Shown piece by piece: positions 10,655 through 21,900 of a stretch of DNA of 45,997 nt. Numbering within the stretch: the stretch's first letter is position 1; each line of letters starts with the position of its first letter. The notes under the pieces are model-generated. The model searched no databases, was not told the origin of the DNA, and saw only the letters and a list, made by a program, of their open reading frames with translations. The position numbers and the translations under genes were made by a program. This DNA is from Trichosphaerium sp. ATCC 40318 (taxonomy: Eukaryota; Protista; Tubulinea): the NCBI GenBank assembly GCA_038496445.1, contig JALMLS010000157.1:1-45997 (forward strand). Direction: 5' to 3'.

Positions 10655-13536
10655 TTACACGTTAAAGGCGAGTTTTGTAGTTAGGAAAATTGTTTTAAAC
10701 ACTCCTTTCATTGTTGATCTTGTAGCACACTCGTTCATCCAAGGGTGCTAAATCGAAATGGGTTAGCAAACGATGCACAAATGAACCATTTCAATAAAAT
10801 CTCAAAAAACAGAGAAAAAGAAATCAAATATGTGCGTGACGGTCCGAGCCAACGTACCTTCAACAATTGTTCTATACTCCACCGATTCTTTGGTGTAGTT
10901 TCCAGACAGTGGCTAAGATAATCCCGTAGTTCAAAGGACCAGTTATTTCGCGCTGCCGAGTCTTTTAAAGGATCAGGGAAGCCCTTTGTGGCTGCTGTGA
11001 ACATGGCTAGCACTGAAGAAGATTTACAAGGTGGTGCGCCGTTCGCCAGTTCCATCATACAAATACCAAAACTCCAAATATCAGCCTGTATCGATATATA
11101 AGTACTTACAGTTTGAATAATAGTTGTTCAAAACAAGACGGCTTTTTCATAAGCAAACAAAAAAAAAAAAAAAAACTCGCAAAGCGAATTGTATTAAACT
11201 CGAGTATGTACCTTAAGGCCATGGGGTTCCCTTCGTATCATCTCGGGCGCCATCCAAAATGGAGACCCGACCATATGAACGACCTCGCCTTGCGAAATGT
11301 CCGAACATAATCCAAAATCAACTAGAAAAACATTAATTAATTTTCACTTCACATTGTTAACGCAAACAGTAGTATTTTCAACACAAGCCAACAAAAAAAA
11401 AAAAAAGTTAGTGAAGCATTCAGTTTGTGCACAAGTCAGAAAAACTTGTTCGAGCAAACTGCACACAACGCTTGAAAAGAAACTATTCAGTATAATGGAT
11501 TTTCTCGTACTTATTTTAACTTCTCCGCTCAAACTCAGCATAATATTCTGGCTTTTGAGGTCCCGATGAGCTAATTTATTGCGGTGTAAAAAATCTATCG
11601 CCCTGGACACCTCCCGAGCTACATAACACAACTCCGACTCCGAAAACTCGTGAACTTTCACGGCCTAAGGTAAAAAAATCAGTTTCTGAGCTGCCGAAGC
11701 CTTGCGAACGACCGAAAGAGACGAGAAAAGACGTGAAACGGAAGGCGTTTATACTGAAAACGGCCAGTTTGTGGGAAAAAAGAGAAAAAAACCTACCTGA
11801 GCAAGCGTTCCGCCTTGCATAAATTCAGTTATTATCCAGATTTCTTCTTTAACTTTGAAACTGCGATAATACTTGACTATGTTTGGGTGTTTACAATATT
11901 TGAGAAAACGAATCTCTTGAAAATTTTTCCGCTTTAACTTATTTGCATTATGTGGCACTTTTTTAACAGCGACCTAAGGTAAAAAAAAGAGGTAAATATC
12001 GCGAAATTCCATTTTTGCGTAGTTTTTTTGCTGTTTTCCATACCTGGTGGCCATCCTTATGCGACTTGTAAACAAATACTTTACCAAATCCGCCTTTACC
12101 CACCAAACAAACACATTTATAGTCCTTTTTTCGATAATCGCTTTGTAAGAGGACAGCTAAACGTAATAAGCTTAAACGGTCACACGTAACAATAAGATCC
12201 GGCAAAGCAAACAAAAAAAAAATCTGTAAATAATAATTACCTTCTTCTTTATCGAGTGGCTCCACTGAAACAATGTCCGTACTTACACGTGAGTGACCTG
12301 TATCCCCAAAGTAAGTACAAGAACAAACTTTTTTGATGTACTGGGCGCTTTTCTTGTTGGGTTTTTTTTTTTGTCCGTCTGGCTTACCTTTGTTTCGCCG
12401 TTTTATCCTCTTATGATTCCTGTGTCTATTGGCGTATTGTTCGGGGGTGTAAAACATATTTTTTGTCTTAAAGTGCAATAAATTCATAACAACGCTCAAG
12501 TTCTTTTGGGCTTGCTTGGGCGTGATAGACGACTGTATTATTTTTTGTTGGAACATTTGTGGTATGTCCTAAAGAGAGAAAAAAAAATTAACGCCAAAAA
12601 TACCAACACGGGTTTTACAAAAATTTTACGAACCGAAAAGCATTCTATAATGTACGTCTTCTTTTGTTGAGATTTGCGCGACTACAAAAAAGGTTATTAA
12701 TTTAATTTTAGAACGAGAAAAAAAAGAAGAAAAAAAAAATTATAAATCCAACACCAAAAAGAAAATAAAACAGTTGGGCCTATTCGCCTTATTTAATAGA
12801 TGTGGAGTAATTAAAAAAAGAAATAAAATGGAGGCTGTTTGCGAGTTGGCAATTAATAAAAACAAGGACAGTTCGGGAGCAGCGATGTTTGAGATTTTGT
12901 TGTGTGAGGTACAATAGTTGTACCCAAACAGATTACGTACCAATATAATTTTTACTTGCGAAGTTGGTAATTGTTTTACAGCTGTGCCGAGTTGATCCGT
13001 TAGATTATGTCTTACTGCCCTACAAAAAAAAAAAAGTAAACACGTGGGGTCTCGTACGGAGAAGGGAAGGTTGGTGGTGCGAGGAGGTTTTTTTTTTTCA
13101 AAACCCAAGCGAAATTCCCCCGTCCCTTGCCCTGGAATAAAAAAATCCAATTGTTTGTTCAGATCTCTCGCAAATCGTTGTAGAGCGTTGTATTTACCAT
13201 TGTTCGGCTCGAATTTTATGCTTCTTGCATACAGTATCCAAAACTTCTCCAGCGGTGGCGTTTGGGTCACAATGGAGCATCAGCTTCGAATGTTCTTCAG
13301 TATCGATTGTAATAGTTACCTGCGCGACGACATTAATATAGCACGCGACCAACGCCAATATAAAGCGTGTGAAATACGGAAAGGCATTTTTGTATTTCAG
13401 TTTTTTTTTTTTTTTTTTGCTTGAGAGGGGCGTAATTTGATTTTTTTTTTGTTTTGTGCCCCATATTAAACGGTTTGCACACCTCCAAAGAAACCTTTGA
13501 CTCTTGACTACCCTTACGGGCCTTTCTACTCGTCAT
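10655..13536 (-). CDS. STE20/PAK-like Ser/Thr kinase (multi-exon) with PAK inhibitory-switch-like segment and a putative N-terminal ubiquitin-like domain
   Basis: Spliced exons give GKGGFGKV, VAVKK, HRDLKSQN, IDFG, GSPFWMAPEM, ADIWSFG. DIPQMFQQKIIQSSITPKQAQKNLSVVMNLLHF resembles the PAK autoinhibitory switch. 5' exons less certain. Confidence 0.88.
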
Positions 13537-14465
13537 TTTGAAACGCCGGCGTTGTTCCGTTACAGATTGGCGCAGTCCATTTATATGTTAAATTGCAACA
13601 AGATTTACTGCAATACTAGTGAGGAGAGTTGACCACCGAATGAAATGTACCTCGTGCGTGGGGGTGCAAAACAGTCAAAAAAAAATTTAGTGATAAGGGA
13701 ACTCCTATTGGCTTAAAAAAAAAAAATCCCCAAAAACCAAAAAAAAAAAAACTGTAGTTCACCTTTTTATTTCGGTGCGCTTGCGCGTGTTCGTCAATGT
13801 CGTGATTGCTTTTTTTTTTTTCAATGCCCAAAAACAAAAACCAAAAAGCAAAAAAAAAATCAACTTCTACGTTGGTTAAAAGTGGTTCTTTTGCGCCTTT
13901 TTTTACTTCAACGCGTAGTATCGTATAGCGTTTGCAACTACGCGACTTTCGTCGCGTAATACTAAGGTGTGAAAATCGGACTTGGCGTTTGGAGGACTTA
14001 CCTAAAATAGACAATTGCCTTGTGCCAATACTACGTGTTTTATAGTCACGAAGCCTATTTGTACAATTGAATACGCAAAAAAGTTGTTTTGAATGCTGCG
14101 TAGCAATAGCCTTCCTTTTTGTAAAACTTTTAACCTCCCTTTGTACTGCACACACGCATTGATAGCGATATACTCCGGCAACCTAGCCCCGCGTAAATAA
14201 ACACAAAACAAAGCGCAAAACATATTTATTACGATTTTTCTTTTTAGAAGTCCAACTAGGGAAGTGGTACAACGGAACTAGCGAATATGAACCATTACGG
14301 TTTCCATTGTGCGGTTTATTTTATTAAAGTCAGAATCATCAAGAGCCTTCAACGTTCCCTACTGTACTTATTTGGTCGACCACAAAGAGTCTATTTTTTC
14401 TCATTCTTTTAACGTATTGGTTTTTCTGTATTCTTTTATCCTTCACAAGTGAGCTCTAACTTGTT

Positions 14466-16981
14466 TTAGCGTGCCACTTGGGGATTCACTCGGAGCCATC
14501 AATGACGGTTGACCTAAATAGGTTTAGAGATCTGAAAAGGCGTGTAGGGCGCAACAAGGGTATAAAAAAATACTCACTCGATGAATATGCGTCAGGTGAC
14601 AAGGGTATTGCTCCTCGCGGAACTTTTAACATAGTTTCCGGACAAGCTTTTACTATTGTTGCGCTAATAGTGTCCACATCTCCTTTCCACCAATACGGTA
14701 TTGGCACCCATGTGATGCCTAGGATTATGTCAAAGCTTCGGAAATTGTCTATAGTCTTTTTTGAGACTTATGTGTTGTGAGTACCTAGGTCATTGCATAA
14801 TTGTTCTTTGTCATCGTCACGCCACCTCTGCGCTAGTACACAATTCCCGTCTTTGTGAACATTGTCTTGAAAATGCTGTTCGCCTTTTATAGTCAGTGAT
14901 TGTGCACCATCAAAAAAATATTTTCATTTATTGCGAATAAAAATTAAAAGATGGCAAATAGCCAGCTGGCGTTTTTAAAAGAAGAAGACTCTTTTTTTTC
15001 TTACCTTGGTATTCAATACCTATAAAGTAGTCTGGTATGAATATGTCCAGTGATATAATAGAGCCAGTTGCTCTTGTCCCAATAAAATACTCTTCAACGA
15101 CGGTGTGGTCGGGAAATAGGTGCTTGACGCACTTCAATAGCCATCTAAACCGAGTTGGTATGGCTAAGTGGGCGCGGAAACGTACTTTTGGGTTCTCAAC
15201 CTTTTCGTCACAGAAAAGTTTTCCCATTGGAAGCGAAATTGAGGTTCTATCGCTGATAACACATGCGGAAAATACTGCAATAAGCCCTGACCTCCATGTG
15301 CGGCGATTTGAAAGCTTGTAACGTTGTACCTTCAGGAAAAAAAGCTATTTTGAGAAAAAAAAGGTGTACAATCTTTTTAGTGGCAGCATTTTCGTACCAG
15401 CTCTCGGGTGTTGTAATGCGCATAGACTTTTGTAAACGACGCAGGAAATCAAGTTGGCGTTTGGGATCTTGCCAATGTCCTTTAGGTCGCCTCAAGGGTT
15501 GCTGAGGGAAATGGAACGCGTACTCACTGTATATGGCGCTAATCATTTGGTTTACAGAGAAGTTATACCTACGGAAGCCGAGATGAGTCCATCATTTTCG
15601 ATGGGAACATTATAAGTACCGCTTTAAAATGCCTCCAGCATTATGGTCAAGTATTTGTTGTGTTGATACTGTATGCCAGTTGTCTAGGTGTTTTACGCCC
15701 AATATCTCGCCAATCTACGCGCAAAGGTTGTGAGACAGATGAAGTTTATAGGTTGGTGTTTTACCGTGTTCATTTTATTTCGTTGGTTACTTATGTCATC
15801 CCAGAAATTCTTTGGAACTTGTCTACAAGTGTGAGATTGTGTATTATTTTACAACAAAATAATAGTACTTGAAGTGCCACATGACCCAAGGGTAGTCTGG
15901 GAATACATCTTGCAATGCAGCTGAGAGCGAGCCGTTATATCTACCACTGTTAGTTACACTGTTTGTGTATACCGAACAAGTCACCTCATGAGAATCGAGC
16001 GACCATCCTCCTTTACTACATCATTGCATGTGATGTTGTACCACTCGCTTAATTTTTTTGAAGATACACCAAGTGCCTCACCAATGCGAAGCATTTCTGT
16101 GCGCCGTTCAGATGGAGATATCAGAGTTCGAGATTTTCTGTAAAGAAATTAGATTATCTAACGGCATAGAGCGTACCCAAATCTCGACATATTCCATTCA
16201 TGATCAGGATAAATTGTAGACAGAGCTTGAGCAATAGAAGAATCATATCTTGAGAAAAATTTTTGTGAGTATGACATTTTGACACATGTCACATTGCGTA
16301 CTGCGCCATTATACTTTTTCCGCCAAGTTCTGACACGCGTATCGCCGGTATATCATACCACGCATCTAGATCTTTTATGGTAAGGTTATGGCCAATATCG
16401 TCGAACATTTGTCGTTGATGTGACCGCAAGGACCAGTAATACTTTGGCGTACACCTAAAAATTGTCAATGTTGTCATTTTTGAAATGGAAATTTGATAAT
16501 GAAACGCACTTGAAAAGCCATGGTTTCCAGTCTTGTGTAGGATAAACCGCGTGTAAGGTTGAATATAGAGAATAGTTGTACCTAAAAAAAAAAACTATTG
16601 GCTGGAGGTAATCTTTGGAAGGATAAAGTTACTTTGCCAAGACACCAAGTCCTCCTGCTTTACTGACTTGTTCGCCTGTTACATTGTACCACCCTTGTGG
16701 ACTTTGAATTTGTAATTCGTGGCTGATAGCCGTTAGTTTGGCTTTTTGATTCTCTACGTTATCCCAGTATCCCCAAGAAGCTCTATAGCTTTGTGTTAGA
16801 CCATTGATTACTATTTTATCCGGGATTACTTCTTGGCTCGTTTGCCATAACGTGTAAATGCTCCCGTGTGTATTCTACTATGTATTTTAGCGGTTAACAG
16901 CGTTTTTTTTTGTTTATTATACCTTTTTGAGCTTGCAGAGCGCGAATGAATTGAACTACATCCTTTTGATACTGCTTTCAT
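14466..16981 (-). CDS. Trp-rich tandem-repeat protein (5 x ~70 aa) with C-terminal PD-(D/E)xK / RAP-DUF559-like domain and basic N-terminal leader (multi-exon)
   Basis: Repeats such as GYWDNVENQKAKLTAISHELQIQSPQGWYNVT..GGLGVLAKYNYSLYSTLHAVYPTQDWKPWLF. C-terminal LDIFIPDYFIGIEYQGEQHF...RDDDKEQLCNDLGITWVPIPYWW. Canonical GT-AG introns keep the frame. Confidence 0.85.
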
Positions 16982-17081
16982 AAGAGAATGCGTTCATGTA
17001 CACCCCAATAGCCATCAGGCTTTATTTGTTGATGAACCTTGACTGAAATAATTTGATTTTGTGGTTTAAACAACCGCAATT

Positions 17082-18857
17082 ATGGCGACAAGGCTACTTC
17101 TACGCGACGTTGATAATCAAAAGAACGAAAAGGTGCTCCTGCTTAAAGCAAGGAATTGGAGTCAATTTTTGAAGTCTGCTTCGTCCAAATTACGCGTCAA
17201 GCCTAAGAAAGGTACATTTGGGCGTTTTGCAAACGTTTGGTTCTAAGTAGACGCAGGCACACCGCTACGATGCTTTGTAGGTAATACTGGAGAGGTGAGG
17301 GCGTAACTGTCTTGGTCATTTGCTGAATTGCTACACAGGAGTTAACTAAAGCAACCTTTAGCTCGGTAACGCTCTCAAATGGTACAGTTATAATAGGTAC
17401 GTATTATTATAGTTGTACAACATTACACTGTAAAACGTAAGTGTAATAGGAGGTCAATATGCTCACTAGCAATTTAGTCACACGTGGTAGCGATTTCAAA
17501 GGTACAGTAAAGACCAAAGGTGTGGCGCCACAAAAGGGCGCTAAATGGAGTGATGGCACGTTCCACGACTACGACTAAAATGACGTAACTAACATTGCCA
17601 TCAGGAATGCTATTTGTTGACTTTCCTTCAATTGAAAACACATATAGAGCGTCATTGCTTAGTGCTATTCGCCAAGAAGGATATGAAAAAGAACCTTGGG
17701 TTATATTAGAGAAGAGTACGTTTGTTTTGACATGTCAAGCTGGTCACTTGTTTATGAATAACTAGTTGATGGTGCCAATTTTTCATTTACTACGGATGGC
17801 ACAACTGTTTCTGTAGCTAAAAGACGAGGGTTTATCGCTCCAGGTAAGGTGATTGATTGAGTATGTATACTCACAGTTGATTTAGGTGACACTTTTTTTG
17901 GCTACGAGGCAGTTGAAAAGAAATACTGTTCAACTATTAAAAAGGCATTTAATGTACGTGCTTTTACTAGTTGGCCTTTTTGCTGTATTTTAAATGAAGT
18001 GAGCAGATTTTATCAGAAAACATTGAAAAGACAAATACTAAAGTACTGACTACAATGACGGTGTATGGGGAGCTGTTTGGAGGTAAATCTAAACGTATCT
18101 TGTGTTTGTATTTATGGACTTGTTATTAGGAGTGTATCCACATAAAGAGGTTCCTAAACTTGCTACAAAGTCTGTGTTTGACCGTGTGTTCTATGCACCT
18201 GATGTAGACTTTTTTGCGTTTGACATTTTAATCAATGGCTCAGAGTTTATAGATTTTGATATGTTCCTTTCAGTTGTCAAAGAAGCTGGATTCAACTTGC
18301 ATGCAGAGCCTCTTGGACATCCAGACTTAGTCATTCATCGCAAAAACGAGTACTCCTTCCCCACATTCACCTTGGACGAGTCATTGAAGTTTGCTGTTGA
18401 AGATTTTGAGTCAACTGTGCCAGGTGTATTGGGCTTGCCAAAAATATCCAAGAATTTCGCTGAAGGTGTTGTCATACGACCAGTGCACAATGTGCAACTC
18501 AAAAATGGCGCTCGTGCTGTGCTAAAGAAGAAGAGAACGGCATTTGCAGAGGGTACACCTCACAACGTTCAAAACATAAAAGGGAAAGCCAAGATAACTG
18601 AATTTCTTTGCGAACAAGCTCCTACAATGATGAACGTCAATCGCCTTTACAACCTGTTGTCAAAACTTGGCTCTCTAGATAATGACGGTACAATAGACAT
18701 GTTAGTTGTTGACGCTTTGGAGGATTTGGAAAAAGTGTATCCGGACTACTTTAGAAAGATATCAACTGAGGACAAACAAAACATAAGCAACGTACTGAAA
18801 GGGGAAGCAGAGATACTTGTAGGTGATCAGCAAAGTTTACTTTCACAAAATAAATGA
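17082..18857 (+). CDS. ATP-dependent RNA ligase, T4 Rnl2 family, with extra N-terminal domain (multi-exon)
   Basis: FPSIEN, motif I EKIDGANFS, Ia AKR, III YGELFGG, IIIa FAFDI, IV EGVVIRP, V LKKK..FAE, and the Rnl2 C-domain signature NRLYNLLSKLG...DALED. Confidence 0.92.
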
Positions 18858-18944
18858 AAATAAGTGAAGATTGAGTGAACTAAGTCAAGGCAAAACACGC
18901 TTTTTAAAAGGTTTTGTTTATTGGGTTGACAACAGTGCCATAAA

Positions 18945-21900
18945 ATGTCCAAGCCGAAGCTCAAGGTTGAATACGCAAAGAGCAATCGCTCTAAGGTAAA
19001 TAAAGAACTCAAAACAGTTTGTTTAATGAAAACATTGTTTGTACTAACCGTGGTGTTAGTGCAGGATAAGTAAAGACGTTATTCCAAAGGGTAGCGTGCG
19101 TTTGGGTAAACTTGAACGCTCTCAAAAGTTTGATGGCGAATACTACGTCTGGCACATTCCTAGAGAATTTAAGAAAGTACGGTAACGTTTTTAGTGGCGT
19201 CGGTTTTTTTTTTGGTTTTATTGGAAAAGCTGTTTAACGTACCGCTAGAAACACGCTGCTATGGTTACTTGCGATGAAGATCTCAGCAATTTGCAATCAT
19301 TAAAATGGGAAGACCAAGAGAAGTTGCGAAAGCTGTTTGGTCTTGGAGGTACGCCTCGTAATCAACTGACCAACGCGCCTGACTACCTTTTAAGGCAGTA
19401 AAAAACGTAAACGTGGATCGGCTGATGATGAAGAAGACGCTGAAGCAGCTGCTCGTCAAGGTAAACTTTTGTTTTTGGCATTTACTAACTAACCGAAAAT
19501 AATAAAAGCTGAGCGTAAAAAGAGAACCCAAGCGCTTTGGAAAAATAAAAAAAAGTTGGAGAAAGATTACACTAAAGAAGGCCTTCGTGGAATCCTTCGG
19601 TACAATAAACAGTACTACAAGGGCACCAACGAATCTGACTTGCAAGATCGCGTTGCTATGTACATGCTGTACGTCTCACCACTACTTTTTCATTATCATT
19701 TGCTAAATATATAGTGATGGCGGTCTGCCAATGTGTCCGCTACCTAAATGTACAGGCGGCTACTTAAAACTATCTGGCGACAACATAACTTGCTCTGGAT
19801 ACTTGAGTGCCTGGTCTAAGTGCACTTATGTTTGCACGCTGCGTGCACTCAAATCTAAAAGGTAAAGAGATAGAATGACAGTGTCACGTTTTTATTTTTT
19901 TTTTTTTTTGGTATTTGTTTTGTTTTTGTGGTTATCGTGATCTCACGTAGTTTAGACCAAAGCTTGTTATTCCAAGCGACGATGATATTGATGAGCAAAT
20001 AGAAGAACTTGAAATTGAGAAAGAAAAGCTCAAACAGGAAAAAGAAGAGGGCGCAATGCCAGTGTCCAAAAAAACCCTTGAAGGGTCAGTATTCTTGTTC
20101 ATTGGAACTTGGGGTTCAGGTTACGTTAAGAAGGATATAAAAGCAGCAATCTTAGAGGCCGGAGGCAAAGTTCAGACCAAACTAAACGATGATGTACATC
20201 TACCTTACCCTAACTCATTAACCAGATAGCTTATTCTTGTTTGAATTTTAGGTCACATACTGCTTGACAACTTACACTGTCGTAAAGAAAAAGAAGAAAA
20301 CTAAGGTTCTTCAAGGAGCTATGGACCGTGAGCTTCCTTTATTAGATCCTGACTTTGTTGATTTTGCAATCGACAATGGTTCAGTGGCTCAAGCTGATGA
20401 ATTCCGTGTTTGGGTAAATGACAAGGTACCTCATCAGTGAGTTTTAAGTTTCTATTGACACGAGTTTAGGCTACTCCAGTTGACACTGATTCCATAGTAA
20501 GTAAAGCACCTACACGAGAAAAGAGGGTATGTAAAGGGAACAGCGAAATTGAATACTTATATGTTGTAGAAAATGGCTATTCCAGCGATTGATAAGATGT
20601 GCGAATACGTTGAAGCGGTACGTTGGTTTACTGTTTGTTTTACAAATGGAATTAGCTTACTTTCTCGCAGGGCGAGATCCTCACTGATAATGGTGAAGTA
20701 TACGCAATTTCACTCAACGTAGTACGTATTTTATCATGTGACTGTAAACTCTACACTTCTAACTTTTTGATTTACAGACGGATCTTGGTGTTGGTTCAAT
20801 TGGACAAAACTCGTTCTATATTTTACAAGTAATTAAACTAACGGTACACTTCTATACTTCATTTCCTTGCTTAGTACTTGGTGCTTATTCTTTATATTAT
20901 AGGAGGACGACGGTTATTGTGTATTTAAGCGATGGGGTCGTGTTGGCCAAGATGGTAACACTAGTGAGAAAATATTCTACAAGAAAAAGGCAGCCATTAA
21001 ATTTTTTAAGACAACGTACGTTTTACTAAACTGGCCTATGTTGGTTCTGTTTTTTTTTTTTTTGTTTGGTTGACTGTTTTTTTTTCAAGATTTTTCGAAA
21101 AGACATTGAACCACTGGGAAAGTTATGTATACAATGAGTTTGAAAAGAAACCAGGAAAGCTCTTCCCTGTAGAGTTAGATTTCGATGACTCAGAAGATGA
21201 AGAAGATGAAGAGAAGAAGGAACGTATTCGTGAGCTCATGTCCAAGACAAAATGCGGCCTGCCAAAGCGTACTCAAGACTTGGTATGTAATCCATTCAGA
21301 TTTTGAATTTTTTGGTTGTTTGTTGACCAGTTCTTTTTAGATCAAGCTCATCTTCAACAAAGAGATGTTGGAAGATACCATGAAAGAGTTAGATCTCGAT
21401 ATCAAAAAGATGCCTCTTGGAAAACTTTCAAAGAACCAAATCGATGAGGGTTATGAGATCCTTGAAGAGATTGAAGAGATGCTTGAGAACGGAGATGATA
21501 AGAATATGATACATGAAGCTTCTAATAGGTATGTCCTGACTGGTGCTCTCCCTTTTGAGTGTCTGAGACCTACAAGCAATTCTTTAACCGAGAACGTTAG
21601 GTTTTACACTAAAGTACCACATGATTTTGGTGTTGAGGCAAGACCACCTGCTATTGATGACAAGGAATTGTTACAACAGAAATACGACTTGTTGGATGTA
21701 CTTGGTGATATTGAAAAATGTTTGAAGATGATGGAGTCCGAAGGAAAGAGTGTCGGTACTCATCCTATGGAAGGTGCGTGGCATAGAGTTAATTTTAAAG
21801 CTTTTGGTGTTGTTTGGTTAATATTTTTCTGTTCTAAATAGAGAAGTACAAGCAATTAAAGAACAATGTCAAACCAATCCCAAAGAATGGGGACGAATGG

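Noticed and set aside
13440-13490. CRIB-like EVCKPFNMGHK in ORF 13333-13536
   Set aside because: Falls after a likely GAG|GTGTGC donor inside a homopolymer-rich intron.
13616-14223. ORFs 13616-14155 and 14002-14223
   Set aside because: Translate poly-A/poly-T tracts. Probably promoter/UTR sequence.
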